Below the pieces are notes generated by a model. That model worked only from the letters and a program-made list of their open reading frames with translations. It had not been told where the DNA came from and did not search any database. From NCBI RefSeq assembly GCF_018350175.1, contig NC_058368.1, forward strand, positions 60,886,001 through 60,950,000: a stretch of 64,000 bases of DNA, read 5' to 3'. The position numbers and the translations under genes are program-made. Of the stretch, positions 23,795 through 36,749 are shown piece after piece. The DNA is from Felis catus. Lineage: Eukaryota. Within the stretch, counting starts at the first letter, position 1, and each line of letters starts with the position of its first letter.

Positions 23795-24535
23795 ATGTGT
23801 GAATATCTTTTAAAATTTAGAGTTATTAAAATACTATCTTTTCTGTGCTCATGTTAAAAAAAAAATAACTTTTTTTTGTATTCCAGGTAAAGGAAGTCAG
23901 TGTGGTTCCTAAATTGGCCAATTTTCTGAGATCTTGTTCTGTTCACTTTCTGTTTTAGCTCAAACTTCCTTTCTTTGCTTTTATTTTTCCAGTCCTGCCA
24001 TATTTGAATTTACACACAGAAATTTGTCCTTAGTGTGAAGTTGTAAGGGAGGTGATTTTGTTGGCTAGTTCCATGTGTTGATCCCATTTTTTCAAAGGTT
24101 CTTTTGTAGCTACAACTTAAGTGGAGCTCTTGTATGTATTTTTTCCTGTGGGTTTCAGATTGGCCATTTGAATTTTCTGGTTGGCAATTAGGATGTTTTC
24201 CAACTCTCAGGACTTTCAGAAATTTCTTTGCTTTTTCTCTGCATCTTCCATCACTGTTACTACCATACAGGTTTTCTTTGAGTTTCTTCATCGTTAGTTT
24301 TAGAGATTCAAGTGGAAACCTTAACAATTAAGTTTGTTTTATGTACATATTGAGATTTTTGGCTCTATAATACAGTTGTTTTGTGAAGATATTTGGGAAG
24401 ATAGAAAATCTACAGGGTCATTATCCAAATATTTATATTTTTAAAATTAAATAGATCAGTGTTTGTGTTCTGAGTTTTACATGGCAGGAATTATGGTGCA
24501 TAATAAGTACAAAAAAGTTATTGCCCTCATCTCTT

Positions 24536-24747
24536 TTTAATTTTTTTCAACGTTTATTTATTTTTGGGACAGAGAGAGACAGAGCATGAACGGGGGAGGG
24601 GCAGAGAGAGAGGGAGACACAGAATCGGAAACAGGCTCCAGGCTCTGAGCCATCAGCCCAGAGCCTGACGCGGGTCTCGAACTCACGGACCGTGAGATCG
24701 TGACCTGAAGTCGGACGCTTAACTGACTGCGCCACCCAGGCGCCCCC
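24536..24747 (-). mobile_element. SINEC_Fc-like Can-SINE (very young)
   Basis: CpG-rich, near-consensus sequence; TSD CCCTCATCTCTT at 24524-24535 and 24748-24759. Confidence 0.97.
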
Positions 24748-25674
24748 CCCTCATCTCTTATAATAGACAGTAATCATGGGGCTTAGTAGGAAACAAATGG
24801 GTTAGGTATATGAGCACATTAGAAGGAAGCCAAGTCATATTGGGGGAGGTGGGGGAGGGGGTGTATGTACATTCTTAAGAGACACTAGGAAGGTAGTATC
24901 TTAACCAAGTGCTAATAGAAGGAAATATTTTTTTTAATTAGATGTTTGTACAGAAGTCTTGAGAAAAAGTAAGTTTCCTGGTAATTATAGCTTAATATGA
25001 CAGTACATATGCTAGCTAAATAGCTGATCCTGGATAGAAATGAAAGGTTACCTAATGTTGAGCATGAGCATGATTTTGTAACTGTCCTTTGTCTTTAAAT
25101 ACAGCAAACTGAATACAAAGCTTTTATTGGATCTGTTTTGGGGCTGATAGTTTAGTGGTCTATTTGATAATATTTAATCTAGAATATAAAAATGACCCTA
25201 ACCAAGATGCTTTGGAATTAAAAATACAGTTCCCCAAGACCATTGCCCTCCAAGGCCTTACAACCAATGGAAGGTAATATAAATAGCATGGTCAAAGTTA
25301 AATAGGAATCATCTATTGATGGGAATGATCAGAGATTCCTTTGTGAAGCAGGTGACAAAAGAATTGAGGATATACTAAACACCTTAATTTTAATTGATGT
25401 GTTAGAACTTTTGTTGAAGGGCACATTATTGGCAGCATCTCCACAGAAGTTTGATCTTTGATCTTAAAGATTAAGGCAGTATTTGAATACATTTATTTAA
25501 CTTGTATATTTAGTTTCTGCCACTTCTCATCCATATATACATGGTTTTGAATCTTCAAGCATGTTTCATTTCCAAAAACTAGGTTCATTGGAAGCAATTT
25601 TGATTCCTCAGTTGCCTTTATCCACCAAACTTAATGTGAAATTAAGTCCTACAACCTTTTTGTTATTAAAATGA

Positions 25675-25783
25675 TTTTTTTAAAATCTCAAGTAGACTTA
25701 ATGTGGGTACAATGTGGGTCTTGAACTCATGACACTGAGATCAAGAGTCTCATGCTCCACTGACTTAACCAGCCAGGTTCCCT
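25675..25783 (-). mobile_element. Short Can-SINE (tRNA-related part)
   Basis: 'gggtcttgaactcatgacactgagatcaagagtctcatgctccactgacttaaccagccagg'. Confidence 0.8.
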
Positions 25784-28335
25784 AAGTTCTATATAACTTT
25801 TTTTCCTTAAATAACCTTTTTAAATCACTTGATTAGTTTCATTCTTGCCATTCTGACTGCTACCACCTAAATTTAGACCTTAGCATCCTTTTATAACATG
25901 GCCCCTACCAATATTTTCAATCTCAGTTTTTAATAGTACTTTTCATCTGATGTTTGTGTCTCAACTGTAAGCCTAAGATGGCTTTTCATAGCAATTAAAA
26001 AGTAAGCTTTTCCTCTTTAAGTGTTTAGTTTCCAAGTGGAATAGATGTTAAACTGAATGAGTAGAACATTGTTTTGTTTTTTTTTTAAGCAACTGAAAAT
26101 TGTAAAGAACCTTATATTAGAAATCAAAGCCTGTTGATTTTTAACTTTCAGTATTACCAGTTATATGTCATTTCACTTAGCTGCTCATTTTATTTGAAAG
26201 CGAAATAAAATACTATATTCAAGGTCACTGGTTTAACACAAATTTGAGATTCAAAACTAGATTGATTCAAACACAGTCATATAAAAAGTATCCCAAGTCA
26301 ACTTTAATAAGCTTGACAAAATTTATTTTTTCTACCATGGAGGAACATGTCATACCTGCCGCTGTTTTGTAATAATTGTTTGTAGGTTTATTTCTGGTTT
26401 TCTTCCTGTTAAGAATGTGGAAACAGACCAATACGTTAATCCTGGCTTTGCCAATGTAAAACTGAAATTAATGAGACAGTTAATGTCTCTGAAGTAGTTT
26501 TTTAGTTTACAGTAATCCTCACAGATTTGTCGTGGAATGCAAAGAAATGCAAAGTGTTTAATAATTGCCTACCATCTTATCTGGCTCCTATACTATGAAG
26601 ATACTATATCTTGGCTTTGCATAAAATTTTAAATTTACAAAAGTATATACTTTATTCTTCCGATTCTAAAATAAAGACATAATTAATTTGTAAACACCTT
26701 AAAGTATGCTGAGATATTATGTATGAAATGGTTTTTGGGCTTTGTATTGAGGTGATACGGTGTGATTGCAGGTCAACTGAGAAAAGGGTCAGGTTCCCTT
26801 TTTTTCCTCCTGTCTTGATTGACGGCAATTGACTGCATGATCAGTATTTTATGGTACTGTTTTCTATGTTTTCAGACAGTATGTATTTATCTTGAAAATG
26901 TAAAATGACTTTGATCTCCTTACAAAACACACAAACGGACACATTTCTCATGGGAAAATTCATTGATGTTCAATTGAGCATCATGAAAAGGTAACTGGAT
27001 TGAAAAACCAGTCAGGGTGGGTACAGAAGATATCTTATTATTATGTTCAGTCTGAATATTCTTAAACTACCTTCTAAATGTTGGAAATAGTACCAGGAAA
27101 AAGAAAACATATTTTGGCTTGAATATTTGAAATCTATGTGGAGGTAGAGAATACATATCCTAAAAGGGACTGGCAAGTAAATAGCAGCTGGTTGTTAAAG
27201 AGACAATTAATCCTTTGATCTAAACAATTACCTACATGAATCTATGCCAGACCTTATCAACATACTCCTCCTTTTTATTTTGTATGACAGCTGGTCATGC
27301 CAGTTGGGTCATGGGCAGAAGAAAACCAGCTCTGAAATGATTAATTCCTTACAAATCCAGGCTTTTCTTTTTGCCTGGTTGCCTATTTTAGGAGTAATCT
27401 ATCCATGTATTTATAATCCAGGAAAGGAAATCAACCTCAGAATCTTTGGATTCAAGGGGCAAGCCAAATATTCACAATATACACACAAATATTAACATTT
27501 ATGTAGTCTGTATTATAATTACAGAGGTTTTCAGGCAGTATTTCAGTTTCCCATGATCACACCATTTGCAACTTAGCATTTCTGGTGGAGTGGATTCTTC
27601 AATATATTGATGTAAATTCATACTAAAATATATCAGTTGCTAAATATATACTCAAGGATAGGTTAGGGAATATCTTTGAAATGCATGGTGGATACTTAAT
27701 GCCTTATTTGCCTATCAGTTGAGACCCTTAAAATACCTTGCCCGGTCTTTGCTGTAAGATGATAGATTGAAGAGCCATGCTGAGAGAACATCAGCTATCT
27801 GATTAGGGTTTTATTAATGCAGGTATCATAGCTCAGGGAAAATTATATGCCAGAGGAAAGGAGTAATTATAAGCTCACTTGCTTCCTCCTTCACTATAAA
27901 GTGAAGGTACATTTTTATTTAGGGAATGAAAATAATTTGATTTCAGTTATGAAAGGAGGAGCTGCATGTCCCCTTCCCGTACATCTACAAAACCTCCATG
28001 ATGGATGGAGAAAAATACCATGGCTGTCCATAATGCTGTTCTATGGTTACTGCTATTATAGAAATTATTACCAAACAGGATTTGTCTGCTTGCTATGTAG
28101 TTAACTCCTAGTGTTGAAAATAGTTCACTAGAGTCAACGATAGCATTAAAGAGTCATTTTAGGTATCTGAGTATCTGTGGTATTGGTCCTATGTTCATGG
28201 AGGAGTTCACTTATGAGCTTCAATTATCTATCTGAGCTGCAAAATTAGAGTAGTATACATGCTTGGTCTTTTTGTCATTTAAAGGTCAGATGTAACAAGT
28301 TTGAAATCACTAGGAAAAATGATCAAAAACTTATA

Positions 28336-29770
28336 GTTCCACTAGTTTACTTCTGCTTTTGTTGTTTGTGCTTTTAGTCTCCCGTCCAAAAAATTGTTAA
28401 CAAGATCATGTCAAGATTTTACCTTGATTTTGTTCCCAGAGTCTGGTGGTTCAAAATTTTTGTGAATAGTATAAAACAGAGGTCCAATTTCATTCTTTTG
28501 CATGAAGATACCCAGTTTCTCTAGTACCATTTATTGGGGGGGGGAGCCCTTTTCCCATGGAATATTCTTGGCCCCCTGGTCAAATATTAGTTGGTCATAT
28601 GTGTGTAGTTTATTTCTGGGCTCTTAATTCTCTTCTATTAGTCTATGTGTTTTTATACTGGCACTATACTGTTTTGGTTTGTATAGTTTTATAGTATAAT
28701 TTGAGTCTTTCTTTAGTGTCATTTTCAATGTACAGATCTCTTACTTCCTTGGTTAAATTTAAGTATTCTTTATGCTATTATGCACCTAGCTGGTAAGCTG
28801 CATAGTAAAATAAAGTGAAAATGTAGCCTGTGGAATGAGAGAATATCTACAAACTATATATCAGATAGGTTAATATCCAAAAGGTTTAAGTAATTCCTAC
28901 AACTCAAAAAAAAAGTTTAAAAATGGGGAGGGGAATCTGAATAGACATTTTTCTAAATATATACAAATGGACAAGCAGGTACATGAAAGATGTGCTCAGT
29001 ATTAATCACGAGGGAAAGCAAATCAAAATCACAATGAGCTATTACCTTACACCTCTTAGAATGGCAGTTATCAAAAGAAGAAAAAATAAGTGATAGCCAG
29101 GATGTGGAGAAGAGAACCATACTATGTTGTTTGTAGGACTGTAAATTGGCACAGCCACTATGGAGGTTTCTCAAATTAAAAACAGAAGTACCATAAGATC
29201 CAGCAATTCCTCTTTTGGGTATGTATCTAAAAGAAATGAAATCATTATATTGAAGAGATACCTGTATCCTCATGTTTACTATAGAGTTCCTCCCGATAGC
29301 CCAGCTGTGGAAACGATGTAAATGTTTACTGAGGAATGAATTGATAAAATGTGACCTGAATATTATTCAGTCATTAACAAGGAAATCTTGTATGCCAGGA
29401 GGACAGTATGCTAAGTGAAATAAGTCAGAAATACACTATATGATCTTGCTTACATGTGGAATATTAAAAAAAAATCATAGAAACAGAATAGTGATCACCA
29501 GCAGCTGGGAGGAATGAGGTGATGTGGGTCAAACTTGTACATGCTTGCAGTTATGAGTAAGTTTTGGAGCTCTCATATACAGCGTGGTAATGTAAATTAA
29601 CAGTACTGTGATAGATACTTGAGAGAACAAATCTTAAATGTTCTTAGCACACAAACACAAACCGATAAGTTACTGAACCTTAATCATGTTAATTATTTCA
29701 CAACAGATATCAAATTATGACCTTGTACACTTGAAACTTAATGTTAAGTCAGTTTTACTAAAGCTGGAAA
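28336..29770. mobile_element. 5'-inverted truncated L1 (minus segment ~28336-28782, plus segment ~28795-29770)
   Basis: Both parts align by eye to adjacent stretches of the young L1 near 62400-63260. The plus part runs through the ORF2 C-terminus and 3' UTR. Confidence 0.8.
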
Positions 29771-29969
29771 GTATGTGTGCAATTAAATATTGTTACAGAA
29801 CATCTTGGGACACAGGATTAAAATTGAGGTCAGTTCCTTAATTTACTTTGTTATGCAATGACACTATGGTGTAATGCTAAAAGAATACAATATACGTTTA
29901 TGTTGCCAGAATAAAGACTCAACACCATATTCCCAACTTGAAGACCATGATCAGAAAAACTTAAAAACT

Positions 29970-30172
29970 GGGGTGCCTGGTTGGCTTAGTTAAGCATCTG
30001 ACTCTTGATTTTGGCTCAGGTCATGATCTCTTGGTTTTGGGGATGGAGCTATCAGGCTCTGTGCTGCCCACACAAAGCTGATTTAGAATTCTCTCTCTCT
30101 CTCCCTCCACCTTTGTCTCTCCCCCACTTGCACAAGTGCTCTCACTCTCAAAATAAATAAACTTAGAAAAAA
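29970..30172 (+). mobile_element. Can-SINE
   Basis: GGGGTGCCTGGTTGGCTTAGTTAAGC head; AAAATAAATAAAC tail. Confidence 0.92.
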
Positions 30173-30199
30173 AGGTATACATTTAATTTTTTTAAATGG

Positions 30200-30490
30200 A
30201 AATGGTTTATGTAGAATCTAAAAGCAAAAGAACCTTGAGTTACAGAATGAATGGGTGGTTGCCAGATGGGAGTTGGGGGTTGGTGGTGACATTGGTGAAG
30301 GAGATTAAGAAATATAGACCTCAAGTTACAAGTCATGAGGATATAAAACACAGTATGGGGAATCTAGTCAATGATAACTTTGTAGCATGACCGGTGGTAA
30401 CAATTTATTGTGACCATTTTACAATTATACAAATGTTGAGTTATGCTGTCCTATACCTGAAACTAATACATCAGTTACACATTAAAATAG
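30200..30490 (+). mobile_element. L1 3' UTR fragment
   Basis: 'tggttgccagatgggag...ggtgaaggagattaaga...tatacctgaaactaata'. Confidence 0.8.
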
Positions 30491-30799
30491 TATTTCATCA
30501 TGGGAGAAATACACATACAAAACAATGCAGCTGTAACCAAATTTTGAGTTAGCCAAGCAGTGAAAACCACTTATTGCTGGTTAATCAGTTACAATGTGTG
30601 ATTGCTGCAGTTGAAATTTGTCAAAATCATCAAAACAAAAAAAAAAACAAAACAAAAAAACCCAAACCCTATCAGCTTTTTAGAACAGTTGAAGAGTTGA
30701 GACCATTGGAAATAATTAATATTCATGGTCAATTAGAAAACAAGACAAATATATTTTTTTAATTCAGATCTATTTTAAATTTTATCACCTTTTAAATCT

Positions 30800-31312
30800 T
30801 GGTTTTATTTCAAGTCCAGTTAACATACAGTGTAATATTAGCTTCAGGTATACACTAAAGTGAGTCAACACTTCCATACAATACCCAGTGCTCATCATAG
30901 CAAGTACACTCCTTAGTCCCCATCACCTTTTTAACCCAGCTCCCCCCCCCCCAACTCTGTAACCATCAGTTTGCTCTTTATAGTTAAGGATTTGTTTCTT
31001 GGTTTGTCGTCCCCACCCCATTCCTATTCTGTGTATTTTGTTTCTTAAATTCCACATTTGAGTGAAATCATGTGGTATCTCTTATTTTGCTAATTCCACC
31101 AATGTTTTAAATGGCAAGATTTCCTTCTTCTTGATGACTGCATAATACTATATTGTATATATACAACCTCTTTTTTATCCATTCATTTTGAGCTATTTCC
31201 TTAGTTTGGCTATTGTTGATAATGCTGCTATAAATGTTGGGATGCATGTATCCCTTTGAATTAGTGGGGCTTTTTGGGGGGTAAATACCTAGCAGTGCAA
31301 TTGCTGGATAAT
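30800..31312 (-). mobile_element. Carnivore L1 3' end
   Basis: Minus-strand translation [12 protein letters not shown] (ORF2 C-terminus); 'cccagtgctcatc...taaccatcagtttg' 3' UTR. Confidence 0.88.
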
Positions 31313-34300
31313 AAGAGGGCAGATGTTTTTGTTGGCTTTCTTTGACTCTTGCTGAGTTAACAAGTATTACCAATACTATTCATATTTTTATCAGGTGAGT
31401 TGATAAGTAGAAAGTGAAGAATTAAATTCTTTAAAGAGTCTGCGTAGAATAACTCTGAGAGAAACTTTCCAAGTAGGTGAGAAAATGCTATTTCAGTACA
31501 GCCTGAAGTGGAACCTGCTAAGATTTGTCAGAATTGATAGTGGGAAAAATGTTTTGAGCAGAAAAAGGATTAGTTGAGAAATTTTACAAAGCTAATGAAA
31601 ACATGATTGTCTGAAGTTTTCTGTAATTTTTATTCATTAGCAGGTACTTTACAGAAAATATTCTATCATGTACATTGAACTTCATCTCTCTTGTGGCTTT
31701 AACCATTTTAAGTTGTGTGATATTTAGTCAGAAATACAAGTGGTTATTCTATTCCAACAGATTTTGAATGGGTATGTTTTCTGAAATTTCCAGAGGAAGT
31801 TTCCATATTGTAGAATACATTTAACTGTAATTCAGGATCTCTACCTAGCCTTCAATTGTGACTTCTCTGCAATGTGGTGACGTGCTAAGATGCAAATATC
31901 AAAGGATAGGCTTCCATAAATGCCTTCTAAGCAATGAAGCTCGATAAAATTATATACTTACAGATTAAGCAACTGACAGTACCTTTCCTTATGGAGATAT
32001 TTTAAAAGATAAAACACTTAAAATATCTGTGTTAATATATGAAACTTTGCAATTAATTTTAATTATAGGAAATACTAAATTTCAAACACAGTCAAGCCAA
32101 ATGTTAACTACCCCAAATGTTTTTCTCAGTATGCCTGTACTGTTAAAATTTTATTGCCCTAAAATGTAACAAATATAAAAATATTTTCTCGTTACAAAAA
32201 TATCTACAGAATGTCTAGATTTTTGCCTTTTGGCCCACAAAGCCTAGAATATTTACCTGACCCTATATAGAAAGTGTGTCATTATTCTACTACCCTATAT
32301 TAGGATCATTGGGGAAAAAAATTCTGATGAGTGAAAACTAAAAGACAGGGTCCTCTTCCTTCCGTGTTGTGGAGAGCATTTTGACAAATTCTTAGAACAC
32401 TCTCTGAATGTTTTTAGTCAGAGGGCTCAGGCTTGTAGCTCATCTGCTTGCCACTTTCATTAAGGTAAGAATGTGGGCTTAAACAGGCAGAATGTTTTCT
32501 TTCTGAAACTTCTTTCACCAAGCAGAGTGGGGAGTAGCTATAAAAGCCTCATTTATTTTTTACTCAGAGCACCTGCTTACATGAGCTCCTGGGAACTCAG
32601 GAAGTCTCTTTTGTTCAGTGCTTGGATGGTGGGAAATTTGAGCTTGGAAGGAGAAGAACTAATTTCAGCAGAAAGTATTCAGACAAACTAGTATTGTGCC
32701 TTTGTTGTTGGAACTTAACTTTTTAGAGACTGAAGAAAGGATATGTATTGGAAGAATAGGATTCCAATGTTCTTAAACATGATTTATTTTGTTCATAACG
32801 TCTGTTTGAGCTCAACAAACCTATTATATTTCTAATATTTGTAGGTGATTTCTGAGGGGATCTAGAAGACTGAACTTTGACATATGGCAAGATCCTGTTA
32901 GTACTCCAGTTATATTCTCATTAAATTACTGAAATAATCAAAGCTCTTTTCAGAAACCACTTAAAATTTATCAAGGAGGTGAGAGATCATGTATTTGAAT
33001 TTATCTGAGAATTCTGCTTTTTTTTCCCATTATAAGAATAAATTCCTACTCCCCATTCTATCTCTAACTCAGTCTCAGAGAAATACTTCCTTAACTTCAT
33101 AAGATAGTCTCAGAGCTAAGTTGATATGTCTATAATTATCTTCCCATATTTTTAGTAGTTTGTCATGACTGCAAACACCAAAATAGGAGTTTTGAGTTGT
33201 TTGCCATGATGTATTTGTTCCCAGTATGAATTCAAATACAGAAGATAGGTTAATGGTTTATAAAGCATACCATAATTGAATACCAGATGAGAAAACCATT
33301 GTTTATTGCAGGTAGCAAAGAAGTTTCAGGCTATTTTGCAGGATCTTTGAAGTTTTCAAAATGTATATTGCTCCTACTTATTTTTTGCTTTGGAATACAA
33401 AATGACAAAAATTTCAAGCACATTTAGCTATTTTTTCTCTTTTTTTTTTTTTTTTTGAGACTGCTATGGCATAAAAACTGTTGTCCAAAATTATTTTGCA
33501 CCTGAGCATGTGAGTTATTTCTTCTGGTGTTCAGTATTAACAAAATTATGATACCAAAAATAGGAATCAGTGGAGATAATTCAAATTGAATATAATTAAA
33601 GAATACAAACATGCACAAGGCCCTATAAGTGTCCATATGTTAAGGTAAAGGCAATATCTTTTAAACAAAATATCCTTAAAAGCTGTATTATGGGAAATCA
33701 ATGTTATAACATGCAGGAGTGCTTGTAGAACATGCTTCCTAATGCATTTTACTATAGGATTCAGTTCCAATTTTTTTGTACTTGAAGATGAAAATTCATT
33801 AAAATGTCTTAATAACTTAAGCCTTCAATTTTTAGAACAGATGTTTACATGTATGCTTCACTGCATTTTGAATAATATGACAATTGCAATTACCTTTCAA
33901 AATATTGAAACACATGCTCTGCAAAAATAGAAGCGTATCATAAGAATTCCTCAAACTTATAAAGTATTGTCTGCCTGAAATGCATGTGTATTCACATCAT
34001 CTGCAGTGTTGTCACTATCACATTAATTGTATCAGTGGCAGTACTTCTATATCGATGACATAGGAGCCTTATATTCAGTTTATTACTTTATAATCTCTGG
34101 GAATGTTAGTGATTCTGTTAAAGGATACCTGTGATGTGTGAAAGCTAAAACAAATTTCAATTTCTGAAGCTCAGAGAATTATAGAAACTTTAATTTATTG
34201 TTGTGAATTAAAGCGTAGAGGATTTTGAACTTTGATATTTACTGAGCGATATGTAAAATGATTCCAGTATATTGATAAATTGGCTTTACTGTTAATATCA

Positions 34301-34953
34301 TGATTCTTTTTGTATACTAGATCATGCTGTGTGATAACTGTTGTGTTTTGAAGCCTAGGAAAAGTTGCCTAAGACTCAAATTTTATAATTCGATGTATTT
34401 TCCTAAAATATGCAGTCTCTAGCTTTCATACCTCCCTTGATATTGACACTTGAAGATGAGTTCTGATTTGTTGGTGAGCTGGAAAGTCAGTGCCTTCATT
34501 GAATTTTTTCCTTGGGTTATTTTCATATTCTGTCACTAATACCTTGATTTATAAATATGACAACATTTTCTCTGAGCAAAAATTCTGCTCTAATATTGGA
34601 GCAGAGCCAGGCCAATGCCATCACATCTTGATTATGATAGCTTTGCAATTGCTTTTGAAATCTAAAATCGCGAGTCCTCTAAATTCACTCTTGTTACTTT
34701 TTCTTCAAACTAGATGTGTCCCTTGTCTTCTCTTCATGTTTACCAATGCTTTCTCTACCTGCTAAATCTTCCCTGAATGTTTCTAGGTAATTTTTCATTT
34801 TGATTCTACTTTTCAAATTTATAATTTCTATTTGGATGAATTTTACAATTTCTATGCCTAAATTGGTATTCTGTATTTGATGAGATATCTATCTCCTACT
34901 TTATTTAGACATGATATCTTTAGCTCCTTGAGCACATTTAAAATAGTTGAGCT

Positions 34954-35148
34954 GGGACACCTAGGTAACTTAGTTAAGTATCTGAGTCTGGAGTTTGACT
35001 CAGGTCCTCATTTTACATGGTTCATGGGATTGGGCCCTGCATCTGGTTCTGTGCTGACAGTGCAAAGTGTGCTTAGGATTCTTTCTCTCTGTCTTTGTCC
35101 CTCCCCCTGCTCATTCTCTCTCTCAAAATAAATATTTAAAAAATAAAA
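34954..35148 (+). mobile_element. Can-SINE
   Basis: Degenerate head GGGACACCTAGGTAACTTAGTTAAG; CT tract; AAAATAAATA tail. Confidence 0.88.
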
Positions 35149-36115
35149 TAGCTTATCCTTTAGCACTTGGGGCACATTTAATTTAAAATAGCTGGTTTAA
35201 AGTCTGTGATTAGTAAGTCCATCTTTTGGGTTTCTTCCTGGACAATTTATATTGAATGCATTTTCCTCTTGTCTGAGTCACGTTTTGTTTTTGCATGGCT
35301 TATATTTTTTAGTGCAGTCTAGACTATTTCAAAGAATGTGTCATCTTTGGAAATTAGGTCCCTGACCCTTTGGAGTTCAGTGTTGCTATGTGTTGTTTAG
35401 TGACTTTTGTGAACTGTTAGATATTTATGTGTGACCACTGATGTCTATACTGGGTTAGTTTCATGGTCACTAAATGACTAGAAAGATTTGACAAATGGAA
35501 CAGTTAATATTTCAGTCTCTGTTGTGGGACCCTGAATTTGGAGCAAGCTATCAACAATCACCCTGGCACTTTAAAGCCCTGCCTTAGTCTTTAGTTTCTG
35601 CTTCCACAGAACCTCAAGGTCAGTTGGAGGTGTGAGCTTAGTGCTTTCCTAAGTCTTTTGAGAACATGTGTACAGCCCAAGGCATATGTCTAGCACCTGG
35701 GAATATGTTTGATCTTTTTCAAACCTCTAAGGGCATCTCATTACTCAGCTGCTTTTAAGCTTTTTGTTAGTCTGTTTGCCCCAATTGTGTTAACTTCACC
35801 TCAGGAAGCTGTGATGTTAAAACATTTGATAAATGACTTCAGTACTGGGCAATTTCTCTTGAGTTCCAAAAAAAAAAAAAAAAAAAAAAATCCTTTTGAG
35901 TGGATTCTTTCAGGAAACACTATCCAGGCGACAGGTCAGATAAAGTCCATTGTTTGGACCTTGAACTCCGTGAAAGCTTTATTCACAATCAGCTCTCTTC
36001 AGTACCAGGAAAGCAGTCTGTTACTTTTCAAGGCTGCCATAGAGCTAGAGAAATGCAGAGCAAGACCACATTAGGTGAAATTGTCTCAAAATTCACTATT
36101 AACAAGATTCAGCCA

Positions 36116-36303
36116 TTTTTTTTTAAAGTTTATTTACTGAGCATTAGTGGGGGAGGGGTGGGGTGGGAGGGGAAAGAGAATCCAGAGCAGGCTCCCTGCT
36201 GACAGCACAGAGCCTGACCTGAGGCTCAAACTAACTGTGAGATCATGACCTGAGATGAAATTTAGAGTCAGATGCTTATCTGACTGAGCCACCCAGCTGC
36301 CCC
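36116..36303 (-). mobile_element. Can-SINE
   Basis: Reverse head ...GACTGAGCCACCCAGCTGCCCC; TSD-like AAGATT(C/T)AG(C/T)CATTTT. Confidence 0.92.
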
Positions 36304-36538
36304 AAGATTTAGTCATTTTTTACTAAAGGTTTCTGTGCACCCCTGGTCAATTTCCAGTTATAAAAAAAGGATTCTCATAGTATTTCCCTATTTTTTCATT
36401 GGTGTTTGGAGGGGAAAACCTTTGGAAGTTCTTCCTCTGATATTTTGGCTCATGTCTGTTTACCTAAGAGTATTTTAACTAGAATTGTGATACAACCATA
36501 TTCATAGTTAAAGTCATGTATGTTTACTCTGTAATATA

Positions 36539-36703
36539 CAGTCATACATCCTTTTATTGTGCTTGCTTTTATTGTGCTTCACAGATACTGCTTTTTGTTT
36601 AACAAATTGAAGATTCATGACAAACTTGCACTGAGCAAGTCTATAGGCCCTGTTTTCCAATGCACTTGCTCACCTGGTGTCTGTCACATCTTGGTAATTC
36701 GTG

Positions 36704-36749
<46 letters not shown>

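Larger units (their letters stand above)
34770..36450 (-). mobile_element. Old L1 5'/ORF1 region remnant interrupted by two SINEs
   Basis: 'ctttagctccttgagcacatttaaaatag...tttaaagtctgtg.ttagtaagtcca' is typical antisense L1M sequence upstream of ORF1. Confidence 0.55.

Noticed and set aside
24547..24735. ORFs of the MAQSVKRPT type (also at 745, 36134, 48136, 56087, 57103-57633)
   Set aside because: These are translations of Can-SINE sequence, a common source of spurious gene predictions.
26855..26885. Possible 3-nt microexon (TTTTCTATGTTTTCAG|ACA|GTATGT) with an upstream TGCATG
   Set aside because: The motif is too short to distinguish from chance without conservation or RNA data.
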